Source: Eubacteriales bacterium
GTDB taxonomy: Bacteria; Bacillota; Clostridia; Oscillospirales; CAG-382
DNA length: 51,563 bases
Assembly (NCBI GenBank): GCA_045596605.1
Contig: JAZOCR010000159.1
Coordinates: 1 to 51,563 of the forward strand
Direction of reading: 5' to 3'
The stretch's first letter is position 1. Each line of letters opens with the position of its first letter. The notes beneath the pieces are model-generated. The model worked only from the letters and a program-made list of their open reading frames with translations. It made no database searches and was not told the DNA's origin. Of this stretch, positions 25,533-35,593 are shown one piece after another. The position numbers and the translations under genes were made by a program.

Positions 25533-26396
25533 TTACTCTTTAAAATATTTTTCATCAATCATAGCTTGCCCTTCAAAAACTGTTTTTGAGGGTGCGGTCA
25601 TAATAAGGTGTCCGGATTCATCCCACTCCACAAGGGTTTTTCCACCATTCTGAAAGACAAAAGCACTTTTTTCGCACATATCGGAGAGAACGCCCGCACA
25701 AAGTGCCGCACAGCACCCGGTTGCACAGGCACTTGTTTCTCCGGTTCCCCTTTCCCAGGTTCTGAGCCTTATGGTATTTCTGGAATTAAATCTGCAAAAT
25801 TCCACATTGGTTCTGTTTGGAAACAAAGACAAATTTTCTGCAGCGGGCCCGTATTTTGATATATCAAGTCTGTCAACGTCATCCGAGAACAGTACAAAAT
25901 GAGGATTACCAAGGGATAACGCCGTGCCCACAAAAGTTCTTCCACATATTTCAATTTCCTCTGAAATCATTCTTTTACCAATGCATTTAACAGGTATTTT
26001 ATCTTTATCAAAAACGGGCTCGCCTATATCCGCTCTTATGTTTACAACCTTTCCGTCACATATTTCAAGATTTACTTTTTTTATTCCTCCCAGTGTTTCA
26101 ATAAAAAACTCATCTTTAGCTGTTAGACCCTTTTCATACACAAGCTTTGCAACACTGCGAAGTCCGTTTCCACACATTTCCGCTTCCGTGCCGTCAGGAT
26201 TATAAACACGCATAAAAAAGTCGGCATTTTCACTGCTTTCCACAACTATCAGCCCGTCTGAGCCAACACTGAAATTCCTTTCAGACAAAATTCTTGATAC
26301 TTCCCCCCTGCTACACAGATTCTTTTTCATATCTATTACATATATGTAATCATTTCCGTAAGCCGTCATTTTAGTGAAAGAAAGAGGTCTTGTCAT
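25533..26396 (-). CDS. dapF: Diaminopimelate epimerase
   Basis: The two catalytic Cys motifs: NPDGTEAEMCGNGLR and GETSACATG. Confidence 0.93.
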   Translation of the reverse strand: MTRPLSFTKMTAYGNDYIYVIDMKKNLCSRGEVSRILSERNFSVGSDGLIVVESSENADFFMRVYNPDGTEAEMCGNGLRSVAKLVYEKGLTAKDEFFIETLGGIKKVNLEICDGKVVNIRADIGEPVFDKDKIPVKCIGKRMISEEIEICGRTFVGTALSLGNPHFVLFSDDVDRLDISKYGPAAENLSLFPNRTNVEFCRFNSRNTIRLRTWERGTGETSACATGCCAALCAGVLSDMCEKSAFVFQNGGKTLVEWDESGHLIMTAPSKTVFEGQAMIDEKYFKE

Positions 26397-27574
26397 ATGT
26401 TTTTACCGAGTACACGCTCAAGGTCCCGAAGAATATCCTCTGCCGGTTCAATTCCACAGGAAAGACGTATCAGCTTTTCGTCAATACCGAGCTTTTTGCG
26501 AAGATCTTCGGGCGTGGTTGCGTGGGTCTGAGTAAGAGGATATGTAATGAGCGTTTCAGTACCGCCAAGGCTTTCGGCAAATATAATGGTTTTCCCACCG
26601 GAAAGCACGCTATCCACAAGTGAGGTGTATTTTAATCTGAAAGAAATTACTGCGCCAAAGCCTTTTGACTGTTTTTTCATTATTTCATACCCACAGGAAG
26701 TGGGAAGTCCCGCATAATATACTTTTTCGACGTTTCTGTTCCGGCATAACCATTCGGAAATAAGTCTTGCATTTTCCTCGTGCCTGCACATTCTGAGTTC
26801 AAGGGTTTTCATTCCCCGAAGAACGAGCCATGCATCAAAGGGCGCAAGTGCCGTTCCCTCAGTCTTTGATATGTAGTCAAGCTTTTCTGCTACATCGTCA
26901 TTACTTGTTACAACAAACCCTGCGCTTGTATCGTTATGACCGCAGAGGTATTTCGTGCCGCTATGGACTACAATATCTGCACCGAGTGGCAGCGGCTTCT
27001 GAAAATAAGGCGTAAGGAAAGTATTGTCAACGCACAGAAGTGCGCCGCACGAATGAGCTATTTCTGCGCATTTTTCCACATCTGCAACACGACACATAGG
27101 ATTTGTTGGAGTTTCGCAAAAAACAAGCTTTGTGTTTTTTCCTATTTTTTTCTCAACATTCTTGACATCTGTAAAATCAGCAAGCGAGCACTCTATACCA
27201 AACTTTTTAAAAATAACATTCATAAGTCTGTAGGTACCACCGTAAATATCCTCGGACAGCACAACGTGGTCACTCGCCGAAAGCGTGGAAAAAACCGCCA
27301 TAATTGCCGCAAGTCCCGATGAAAATGCAAAGCAGTATTTTGCCCTTTCTGCAGCCGCAACCGTTTGTTCGAGTGCAGTGCGTGTAGGATTTGAGCATCT
27401 TGTATATGAGTATTCGCACTCCCGAAGAAGTCCCGGATTTTCAAAGGTTGAGGTCTGATATATCGGGAAGCTTACCGGGCGATAGGGTTCATCTCTTGGT
27501 ATTGCACCATGAACGTACATAGCTTCTTCTGAAAATCCCATATCAAAATTTTGCATTTTTTTAATAATAATCAC
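26393..27574 (-). CDS. Cys/Met-metabolism PLP-dependent enzyme (cystathionine beta-lyase / gamma-synthase family)
   Basis: PLP-lysine region VVHSGTKYLCGHND. Family-typical N-terminus (YQTSTF..) and AESLGGTETLI. 4-nt overlap with dapF. Confidence 0.85.
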   Translation of the reverse strand: MIIIKKMQNFDMGFSEEAMYVHGAIPRDEPYRPVSFPIYQTSTFENPGLLRECEYSYTRCSNPTRTALEQTVAAAERAKYCFAFSSGLAAIMAVFSTLSASDHVVLSEDIYGGTYRLMNVIFKKFGIECSLADFTDVKNVEKKIGKNTKLVFCETPTNPMCRVADVEKCAEIAHSCGALLCVDNTFLTPYFQKPLPLGADIVVHSGTKYLCGHNDTSAGFVVTSNDDVAEKLDYISKTEGTALAPFDAWLVLRGMKTLELRMCRHEENARLISEWLCRNRNVEKVYYAGLPTSCGYEIMKKQSKGFGAVISFRLKYTSLVDSVLSGGKTIIFAESLGGTETLITYPLTQTHATTPEDLRKKLGIDEKLIRLSCGIEPAEDILRDLERVLGKNI

Positions 27575-27670
27575 TCTTTTCTGCTCTTTTGGCGTTAGTT
27601 ACTACAGAATATGCGTGTAAAACCAATGTGTTACAGTTCATTTATTAATGCAGTCAAAGCCAATAGACGC

Positions 27671-27700
27671 AGAAAAGCCGATACCCTTCGGTATCGGCTT
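27671..27700 (-). terminator. Rho-independent terminator after ftsZ
   Basis: AAGCCGATACC-cttc-GGTATCGGCTT, followed by TTTTCT on the minus strand. Confidence 0.8.
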
Positions 27701-27716
27701 AAACCAACTATTATAA

Positions 27717-28805
27717 TTACTTATTTGTTTTGAAAATGTCAGCAAAATCCCAGTCAAGAGGAGCTACTTCTTCCTTAGCAGGAGCTTTCGGTGCTGCCTT
27801 TTCAACAATCGGCTGCTTTACTGAAGAACCAACCGGAGAATCACTGTCAAAGCCTGTTGCGATAACTGTTACCTTCATTTCATCGTCATAGCTTTCATCA
27901 AAGGATACACCCCAGATAATAACTGCATCGGGATTAGCTTCGCCGGAAATGCTTGCAGCTGTTGCATCGATATCATCAAGTCCGATGTCAGGAGATACTG
28001 TAAAGTTAATGATAAGTCCCTTTGCACCTGTAATTGCCGTTTCAAGAAGCGGGCTGGAGATAGCAGCACGGGAGGCAGCTTCAACCTTATCCTTACCCTT
28101 TGCACGTCCGATACCCATATGAGCAAGACCTGCGTTGGACATAATTGTAGTTACGTCAGCAAAGTCAAGGTTAATCATACCGGGAACGTTAATAAGCTCG
28201 GAAATACTCTGAACGCCCTGACGAAGAACATCGTCAGCAGTTGCAAATGCATTCATCATTGTAATCTTATTTTCAGTTACAAATTTAAGCTTTTCATTAG
28301 GAATAACAACGAGGGAGTCAACGTACTCCTTGAGGTTTTCAATGCCACGGAGAGCATTTTCCATTCTTACCTTACCTTCAAATGCAAAAGGCTTTGTAAC
28401 GATACCAACAGTAAGTATACCCATATCACGGGCAAGCTTTGCAATTACGGGAGCAGCACCTGTACCTGTTCCGCCACCCATACCTGCGGTGATAAACAGC
28501 ATATCTGCACCTGTAAGCTCTGCTCTTATGTCTTCAAGGTTTTCGTCGCAGGCATTCTTACCCACCTCGGGATTTGAGCCTGCACCTCTGCCACGAGTAA
28601 TTTTTTCGCCGAGAAGAATCTTTTTGGGGGCTGTAGATTTACGAAGAGCCATTGCGTCTGTGTTTACTGCAATAAAGTCAACACCCTTTGTCTTGGACTC
28701 AATCATTCTGTTTACTGCATTACCACCGGCACCGCCTACACCTATTACCTTAATTGATACAACCGTTTCTTCAGTTTCCGGGAAAAAGCTATTGTCAAAA
28801 TTCAT
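27717..28805 (-). CDS. ftsZ: Cell division GTPase FtsZ
   Basis: Tubulin signature GGGTGTGAAPVIA. SD AAGGAGGA. Confidence 0.98.
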   Translation of the reverse strand: MNFDNSFFPETEETVVSIKVIGVGGAGGNAVNRMIESKTKGVDFIAVNTDAMALRKSTAPKKILLGEKITRGRGAGSNPEVGKNACDENLEDIRAELTGADMLFITAGMGGGTGTGAAPVIAKLARDMGILTVGIVTKPFAFEGKVRMENALRGIENLKEYVDSLVVIPNEKLKFVTENKITMMNAFATADDVLRQGVQSISELINVPGMINLDFADVTTIMSNAGLAHMGIGRAKGKDKVEAASRAAISSPLLETAITGAKGLIINFTVSPDIGLDDIDATAASISGEANPDAVIIWGVSFDESYDDEMKVTVIATGFDSDSPVGSSVKQPIVEKAAPKAPAKEEVAPLDWDFADIFKTNK

Positions 28806-28948
28806 TTATTTTTTCCTCCTTGTTAAAATTCCTAAAATATATTAAATAAGAAAATATTCCTCATTTATATTACAACATAAAAAAGTAATTTGCAATAGTA
28901 TTTATAAAACTTTTATAATTTCTCTAAAGATTATTTGCAAAGAATATT

Positions 28949-29803
28949 TTACTGACCTCTTGAAAATATCGCTTCACGAATATCGCCTTTTGAAAAGTCG
29001 ATAGTTCCTACTTCGTTTTCGTCAAGCTCAGACAAAATCCCCTTTAAAAACTCAAGCTTGATATCACAGTCAATAATATTACCGAGCTTTACCGTGTATT
29101 TAACGCCAAGAGTGAATTTTATATCAAATTTATTCCTGAAATCTATTTCCATTACATCGGTTAAATAGCCGTAGTTTTCAAGCTCTTTATACAGCTTTTT
29201 TATCATATCCGTTACGTCTTTATCCTCGGTAACAAGATAGTCGCCGGCTATACATTCAGTAACCTGAGAAAAATACACTCTTATAAGACCAAGCATTTCT
29301 ATTTCGTCAAAGCTCGAAAATTTCTGAAGAACTACCATATTTTCATCAAGGGTGTAGAAGAATTCCCCAACCGTAATATACATTACCGGTGTGCTTTCTA
29401 CCACTCTCACCTCTACAGTTGACGGGAGCTTCCTTATAACCCTGACTTCGCTGATACCGGGAATCTCGGATTTTATACAGCTCCGTATATATCCGGGTCT
29501 TACTGCAATAAAATTCGTACCCATTTTCAAGTTTGAGCTTTCAAGTATTTCCTCTGACGTATACATTGAATTTCCGCTGACTATTATATTCTCAACGTTA
29601 AAGAATACTATATCAACAACTGTAAGCGCAACAATACAAGTAAAAAGTATAATAAGCACAGCCGTTACTATTCTTTTATTGCTCTTTTTCTTTGCACTGT
29701 TTTTTGACATTGAAATCCTTACGTCCTGGGCTGTTACTCTTTTGCCGTTAAGACTTTTGCTCTCACGTGTGGATATTATTTTGTCATTTTCCTCATTTTT
29801 CAT
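28949..29803 (-). CDS. ftsQ: Cell division protein FtsQ/DivIB-like
   Basis: Basic N-terminus, a single TM helix (IVTAVLIILFTCIVALTVV) and a POTRA-like region. Sits between murG and ftsZ. Confidence 0.75.
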   Translation of the reverse strand: MKNEENDKIISTRESKSLNGKRVTAQDVRISMSKNSAKKKSNKRIVTAVLIILFTCIVALTVVDIVFFNVENIIVSGNSMYTSEEILESSNLKMGTNFIAVRPGYIRSCIKSEIPGISEVRVIRKLPSTVEVRVVESTPVMYITVGEFFYTLDENMVVLQKFSSFDEIEMLGLIRVYFSQVTECIAGDYLVTEDKDVTDMIKKLYKELENYGYLTDVMEIDFRNKFDIKFTLGVKYTVKLGNIIDCDIKLEFLKGILSELDENEVGTIDFSKGDIREAIFSRGQ

Positions 29804-30933
29804 TTTTTCTCCATCTTCAGAAGCTCACGCACAACATTGCAGATTCTGTCAAGGCTGTCAACAACCGCAAACTGTCTTATGTTGGTTTTCATATTTTCAA
29901 GCTTCTGCTTATCATTTATAAGTGTTTTCAGTTCTTTTTCAAGACGCTCGGGAGTAAGATTCTTCTCCTCAATGAGTATTGCACCGCCTGCCTTTTCAAG
30001 CACAGCCGCATTCTTATACTGATGATTGTTTGTTACGTTTGGAGACGGAATAATTACCGCCGCCTTGCCAAGTGCAGAAAGCTCGGAAATTGTCATAGCC
30101 CCCGCTCTGCATATTACGATATCTGCTGCCGAAAGAAGCGTAGGCATATCGTAGATATACTCACGCACCGTAATCTTTCCTTTTGTCACGAAATCACCGA
30201 AATCCGAATATCCACGAAGAAGGAGCTTTTCCTTTATTTCCTGCCATTCTCCCCTGCCGGTTGCATGCACGTGATAAACGTCATTCTTTTCACTGAAGGA
30301 TTCGATAACCGCAAGAACGTTTTCGTTTACCTTCATTGCACCAAGGCTTCCTCCATAGGACAAAATCATAGGGGTGGTTTCATCATAGCCAAGAATTTTT
30401 CTTGAGCGTGCTCCGGTAATTGTAAGCATTTCGCTTTTTATAGGATTACCCGTAAGTACAACCTTTTTATCATCTTCAAAAAGCTCCCTTGAGCTTTCAA
30501 AGCTTATCATTATTTTATCAACGTACTTTGCAAGCATTTTAACCGTCATGCCAACAACTGCATTCTGCTCGTGCACAGCTGTAGGCACACCCATTTTTGC
30601 CGCAGCCTTAAGTACTGGCCAGCACACGTATCCACCGGTACCAATAACGATATCAGGTGCAAAATTTTTAATTATTCTCTTTGCTTCCCACACAGATGTA
30701 ACAGCTTTAATAGCGGCATCAATATTTACAGGACTAAGACTCCGTCTGAAGCCTCTGACCTTTACTGTGTGAAGCTTATACCCTTCACGGGGAACAAGCT
30801 TTGTTTCAAGTCCCCTCTTTGTGCCAACGTATTCTATTTCTGTATCAGGAAATTTTTCTTTAATCATACCTGCTATGGCAAGCGCAGGATAGATATGTCC
30901 GCCTGTGCCGCCACCGCTTATCAAAACTTTCAT
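29800..30933 (-). CDS. murG: UDP-N-acetylglucosamine--N-acetylmuramyl-(pentapeptide) pyrophosphoryl-undecaprenol GlcNAc transferase
   Basis: GGTGGHIYPALA N-terminal motif; collinear with the MurG family. Confidence 0.95.
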   Translation of the reverse strand: MKVLISGGGTGGHIYPALAIAGMIKEKFPDTEIEYVGTKRGLETKLVPREGYKLHTVKVRGFRRSLSPVNIDAAIKAVTSVWEAKRIIKNFAPDIVIGTGGYVCWPVLKAAAKMGVPTAVHEQNAVVGMTVKMLAKYVDKIMISFESSRELFEDDKKVVLTGNPIKSEMLTITGARSRKILGYDETTPMILSYGGSLGAMKVNENVLAVIESFSEKNDVYHVHATGRGEWQEIKEKLLLRGYSDFGDFVTKGKITVREYIYDMPTLLSAADIVICRAGAMTISELSALGKAAVIIPSPNVTNNHQYKNAAVLEKAGGAILIEEKNLTPERLEKELKTLINDKQKLENMKTNIRQFAVVDSLDRICNVVRELLKMEKK

Positions 30934-30968
30934 AAGGTGTTCCTTTCAAAGCTAAAATAACAAAATGG

Positions 30969-32186
30969 TTATTTGTCCTCAAGTGAATATCTTGAAACGC
31001 TTAGCACAATTCCCATTTCCGCCATCAGAATAAGAAGCGACGTTCCGCCGTAGCTGAAGAACGGAAGCGAAATACCGGTACTGGGAAGAGTATTGGTAAC
31101 AACGCAGATATTCAGAATTGTCTGTAGTCCTATCTGGAATATTATACCCGCCACAAGAAGCGAGGAAAATCTGTCGGGTGAACGAAGTGCGATTTTAATT
31201 CCTCTGTATATAAGGAAAGCAAAAAGGCATATTACGCAAAGTGCACCGATAAATCCAAGCTCCTCACATAGAATTGCAAATATATAGTCGTTCTGCGGCT
31301 CGGGAAGATAAAGCTGCTTTTGCTTACTTGCTCCAAAGCCAACTCCCCAAAGACCGCCCGATGACACCGCATAAAGTGACTGAACCGGCTGCCATCCTCC
31401 CTCGTGAAGAACCGCGAATGGGTCAAACCAAGCGTCGATACGAGCCATTGAGTGCTTGAGAAGAATAGGCACCGCTATCACTCCGGCAACTGCACATATA
31501 CCTACAAGTATACCGATAACCTTTATATCGGAGCCGCCAAGGAACATCATACAGGCAACTATCATAAGAGTTATAATACATCCCGACAGGTGCTTCTGAA
31601 GAACAAAGGGCACTGCAACGAGTATACCCGCAATAACGTATGCACCAAAACCGTAAGTCAGCCTTTGAGAAAGCTTATCGGATTTAATTTTTGCATAGCA
31701 GTGGGATATATAATCCGCAAGTATAATTATAATAGCAAGCTTAAAAACCTCAGAGGGCTGAAACTTCAGCGGCCCAAGTGCTATCCAGCGCTCCGCACCC
31801 TTATGTGCTTCACCGGAGCCACTGAATACAACCAGCATCATAAGCCCCATTGCTACCGCAAATATCGGCACCGACATAAGCTTTATAAGCTTATAGTCAA
31901 CAAAAGACATGCCGTACATTATTACAAATCCTGCGGCAGCAAAAACAAGCTGCTTTTTGATATAATGGTAGCTGTCGCCCATATACGTACCAGCATAGGC
32001 ATAGCTGGCACTGAAAATCATTACTGTTCCGAAGGCAAGAAGAATAATAACGGTTATGAAAAAGGTTTTATCAAATCCACCACGTGTCCTTATTCTCGGC
32101 GCCGGCTGTGCTTCAAGCGGTATTCTTCTGCGCTGCGGAACACCTATTTTGCCGCCGGGTTTTCTTTGCATTTCACCGTTGTTCAT
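30969..32186 (-). CDS. ftsW: SEDS protein FtsW/SpoVE
   Basis: Polytopic membrane protein with ..LPSTGISLPFFSYGGTSLL... Sits between mraY and murG. Confidence 0.9.
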   Translation of the reverse strand: MNNGEMQRKPGGKIGVPQRRRIPLEAQPAPRIRTRGGFDKTFFITVIILLAFGTVMIFSASYAYAGTYMGDSYHYIKKQLVFAAAGFVIMYGMSFVDYKLIKLMSVPIFAVAMGLMMLVVFSGSGEAHKGAERWIALGPLKFQPSEVFKLAIIIILADYISHCYAKIKSDKLSQRLTYGFGAYVIAGILVAVPFVLQKHLSGCIITLMIVACMMFLGGSDIKVIGILVGICAVAGVIAVPILLKHSMARIDAWFDPFAVLHEGGWQPVQSLYAVSSGGLWGVGFGASKQKQLYLPEPQNDYIFAILCEELGFIGALCVICLFAFLIYRGIKIALRSPDRFSSLLVAGIIFQIGLQTILNICVVTNTLPSTGISLPFFSYGGTSLLILMAEMGIVLSVSRYSLEDK

Positions 32187-32231
32187 TCTGTTGCCTTCCT
32201 TTCGTATTATTTGTAAAATCCAAAACGGATT

Positions 32232-33224
32232 TTAGATCACCATATAGCCCCATACGCCTATTGCGGAAAATACAAGTGCAACAGCCGAGAACACCATAAC
32301 TATCTTAACCTCGCCCCAACCACTCATTTCAAAATGATGATGTATCGGAGACATTTTAAATACTCTTTTGCCAAATACCTTGAAGGAGAAAACCTGTATA
32401 ACAACTGAGAGTGCTTCCAGTATATACACAAGTCCTGCAAAAAGCACGAGCACCGGATATCCCAGTGTGAAGCACACACTTACCACTACACCACCGAGGA
32501 AAAGCGATCCCGTATCTCCCATAAACACTCTTGCGGGGTGGAAATTGTAAAACAGAAATCCAAGCATTCCTCCAACGGTGGTGGCACAAATCTGCAGTGC
32601 TATCATATTTTCGGTATGTCTTGCAAGAACAGTAATTGTAAGCATTACAACAAGTGTTATGCCTGAGCAAAGTCCGTCTATTCCGTCGGTAAGATTTACT
32701 GCGTTAACTACGTATACTATTCCCAGAATTGCAATAATATAGAAGAATATTTTAAGGTCAAAGCTTACAGCAGTAAAGGGCAAAACCACAACAGTGCTCA
32801 GTGCACCGCACATTTTCAGCCCTGCAAGATATATCGCAGCGGAAAAAAATTGAAAGAACATTTTTTGCTTCGGTGTAAGCCCCTCATTCTGTTTTTTGAA
32901 AAACTTTACGTAGTCATCTATAAAACCTGTTATGGCACAAAGTGCAACAAACACGCAGTTTACGCAGAGAAGCATAAGCTGTGAGCTTTTATACGCACAG
33001 TAAATTCCGAACGTAAGCATTGCTACTGCAAAGGAAGCGATAAAGAACAGCCCGCCCATAGTGGGAGTTCCCTCTTTGGATTTGTGCCATCTCGGACCTA
33101 TATCAAGAATCTTCTGTCCCATTTTTACACTTTTCAAAACGGGAATAAATATTCTGCCGAGAACAACCGAAATTATAAATGAAACCAAAACGTTTGCAGC
33201 ATATAATAGCATATTACTGTCCAT
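32232..33224 (-). CDS. mraY: Phospho-N-acetylmuramoyl-pentapeptide transferase
   Basis: Motifs: NLTDGIDGL, FMGDTGSLFLGG, SPIHHHFE. Confidence 0.97.
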   Translation of the reverse strand: MDSNMLLYAANVLVSFIISVVLGRIFIPVLKSVKMGQKILDIGPRWHKSKEGTPTMGGLFFIASFAVAMLTFGIYCAYKSSQLMLLCVNCVFVALCAITGFIDDYVKFFKKQNEGLTPKQKMFFQFFSAAIYLAGLKMCGALSTVVVLPFTAVSFDLKIFFYIIAILGIVYVVNAVNLTDGIDGLCSGITLVVMLTITVLARHTENMIALQICATTVGGMLGFLFYNFHPARVFMGDTGSLFLGGVVVSVCFTLGYPVLVLFAGLVYILEALSVVIQVFSFKVFGKRVFKMSPIHHHFEMSGWGEVKIVMVFSAVALVFSAIGVWGYMVI

Positions 33225-33254
33225 ACCTTCCTGAGTATTGCTTTAAAGCCTTTA

Positions 33255-35498
33255 TTAGTCAGAGCTGTCTGTGTGAGTAAACTCAACCGTAACAGACGTT
33301 CCGGGACGAACAAGCTCGCCTGCGGCAGGTGTCTGTTTCACCGCCACAGCTCCGCTCACCCCTGCTCTGTAGGTTCCTGAAATAGTTATATTGAGTCCCT
33401 TTGATGCAAGAACGCTTGTTGCCTGCGAAGCACTGTAGCCTGTAACCTTCGGAACCAAAACATCTTCCTTGGGTGTTTCTCCGCCTGTATACAAAATAAC
33501 CGTACCACCGGAACTTATTGTTGAAGTATATCTCGGAAGCTGTTCGTTTACAACGTCGCCGTTTCCTTTGACAATTACGTTAAATCCGTCTTTTTTTGCC
33601 TTTGCTTTTGCTTCCTCAATATTATATCCGTTATAGCTTGGCACCTGAACCTCAAGAGTGCTCTTTTCCTCCTCCGTATACGACTGCTCAATATTAAGAT
33701 ACGGAAGAACATCACTGAGAACCGCACTTGCAACCGGTGCCGCTACCGTTCCGCCGTAGTAAGCTCCTGCCGACGGCTCGTCTACAAGTATAAGTATCGC
33801 TATCTGCGGGTCGTCAGCCGGAGCAAAGGATATACAAGAAGAAACGTATTCTTTAATTCCGTATTTTTCTTCAAGGTCTCGTTTCTGAGACGTACCGGTT
33901 TTTGCCGCTATTTTATAGCCTTTTACATATGCATTTTTAGTAGAGCCTACATTTATACCGTTATAAAGGTAGGTCATTATCTTATCAGAGGTTTCTGCCG
34001 AATTTATCTGTCTTACGACCTGTGGCGAGAAGCTTTCAATAGTGTTTCCGTCATCATCCACAAGTTTTTTAACTATGTACGGCTTCATAAGCTTTCCGTC
34101 GTTCGCAACCGCAGAAAGAGTCGTAATCGCTCTTATAGGCGTCATTTTGAAGGTCTGACCAAAGGAGTATACCGCAAGCTCAACGTCATTAAAGCCTGCA
34201 ATATCATTATGGTATATAGTAGAGCCTTCATAAGGAAGGTCAACACCGGTCTTTTCGGCACAGCCGAAGAGCTTAAAATACTCGTAAAACTCATACTTGC
34301 CAAGCCTGTGCGCAAGCATCATAAACACGGGGTTACAGGAATTCTGAAGCCCCTGTTCAAAGGTTTCGCTTCCGTGTCCTGCGTGCTTGTGACAATGAAT
34401 TGGTCTTCCCGCCACAACAAGTGAGCCGGTACAGGTAAAATGTTCAGTTTCCGTAACAACATTTTCCTCAATTGCCATTGCAGATGTAACAATTTTAAAA
34501 GTTGAACCGGGCTCGTATAGCTCCTGAACCGCCTTGTTTGTCCAAAGAAAGCTGTTATAATCTGCGTCAGTTTTATCTGTGTTTTCTTCTCTCGCAAAGT
34601 AGCTGTCATAAAACTCGAGAGCAAGCTCGGTAAATTCATTGTGTGAGTTAGGGTCAAAGTCCGGCTTTACTGACATTGCAAGTATCTCTGCGGTTTTCAC
34701 GTCCATTACAATTCCGCAGACCTTGTTTTTAGCTTTATTATCACGAAGTGCAATTTCAAGCTGCTTTTCAAGATAGCTCTGTATATTCCAGTCAATCGTC
34801 AGAACTACGTTCACACCGTTTTCCGCTTCAATGTAGCTCTCGTATTTAAAGGGCATTTCTTCCTGACGGCCGTTTTTGGCGGTAAGTATTCTGCCTGCAG
34901 TACCTTTGAGCAAATCATTATACTGTTTTTCTATGCCGGTTACACCAACAACCTCACTGCCGCTTGTTTCCGTATAGCTTGTAAAGCCGAGAACCGTTGA
35001 GGCAAGCGTTCCGCCCGGATAATATCTTTTTGTGTTGTCCACAAAATATACAAATTCCTCAAAATCGTTTTCCGTTATAAATTCTCTTACCTTGTTTGCA
35101 GTTTCAAGGTCTGTTTTTTCTTTTATCCTTCTGTAATTTGTCTGTTTTGAAAGATGCGTATCAAAGCTTTCTGCGGAAATGCCGAGAATTTCGCAAAGTC
35201 CGTTTTTAAGTACTTTCTGCTGTGCGCTATCAAGCTTCTGTCTTATTTTGTTGGGAACTATAATACAGTCCTCTGCTGTAACACTTATAGCCATTTCTTT
35301 CATATTTCTGTCGTAAATAGTTCCACGCTTTGCATTTATCTGCACTTCGGTCGTATACTGGTCATATGCCATCTGGCGATATTCCTCGCCTTTTACAAAC
35401 TGAATATACAGTATCCTTCCGATAAGAACACAAAATGCAATTGCAATAAAGACAAGCACAATGAAAATTCTGCCGCTTACAGCTCTTCTGTCGTTCAT
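33255..35498 (-). CDS. Class B penicillin-binding protein (PBP2B/SpoVD family) with two C-terminal PASTA domains
   Basis: Transpeptidase motifs STFK, SCN and KTGT. Two PASTA-like repeats (VPSYNGYNIEEAKAKAKKDGFNV.. and VPKVTGYSASQATSVLASKGLNI..). Confidence 0.92.
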   Translation of the reverse strand: MNDRRAVSGRIFIVLVFIAIAFCVLIGRILYIQFVKGEEYRQMAYDQYTTEVQINAKRGTIYDRNMKEMAISVTAEDCIIVPNKIRQKLDSAQQKVLKNGLCEILGISAESFDTHLSKQTNYRRIKEKTDLETANKVREFITENDFEEFVYFVDNTKRYYPGGTLASTVLGFTSYTETSGSEVVGVTGIEKQYNDLLKGTAGRILTAKNGRQEEMPFKYESYIEAENGVNVVLTIDWNIQSYLEKQLEIALRDNKAKNKVCGIVMDVKTAEILAMSVKPDFDPNSHNEFTELALEFYDSYFAREENTDKTDADYNSFLWTNKAVQELYEPGSTFKIVTSAMAIEENVVTETEHFTCTGSLVVAGRPIHCHKHAGHGSETFEQGLQNSCNPVFMMLAHRLGKYEFYEYFKLFGCAEKTGVDLPYEGSTIYHNDIAGFNDVELAVYSFGQTFKMTPIRAITTLSAVANDGKLMKPYIVKKLVDDDGNTIESFSPQVVRQINSAETSDKIMTYLYNGINVGSTKNAYVKGYKIAAKTGTSQKRDLEEKYGIKEYVSSCISFAPADDPQIAILILVDEPSAGAYYGGTVAAPVASAVLSDVLPYLNIEQSYTEEEKSTLEVQVPSYNGYNIEEAKAKAKKDGFNVIVKGNGDVVNEQLPRYTSTISSGGTVILYTGGETPKEDVLVPKVTGYSASQATSVLASKGLNITISGTYRAGVSGAVAVKQTPAAGELVRPGTSVTVEFTHTDSSD

Positions 35499-35593
35499 AG
35501 TCCCTCACTTTCCAAAGCTTTAAAAACCGATAATTCAAAATTATGGGAAGCTTTCACCTCCCATAATTATATCTTATGCAAATGTTTTTACTA

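Noticed and set aside
27575-27716. Possible SAM or T-box leader upstream of the metC-like gene
   Set aside because: The 140-nt region is largely taken up by the ftsZ terminator. I could not find a T-box specifier/T-box sequence or SAM-I conserved elements.
28119-32299. Long plus-strand ORFs inside the dcw cluster (28119..28577, 28330..28845, 29391..29921, 29767..30405, 30571..30960, 31452..32216)
   Set aside because: All are antisense to strongly supported genes (ftsZ, ftsQ, murG, ftsW). Their products are biased and Cys/His/Arg/Lys-rich, as is typical of shadow frames.
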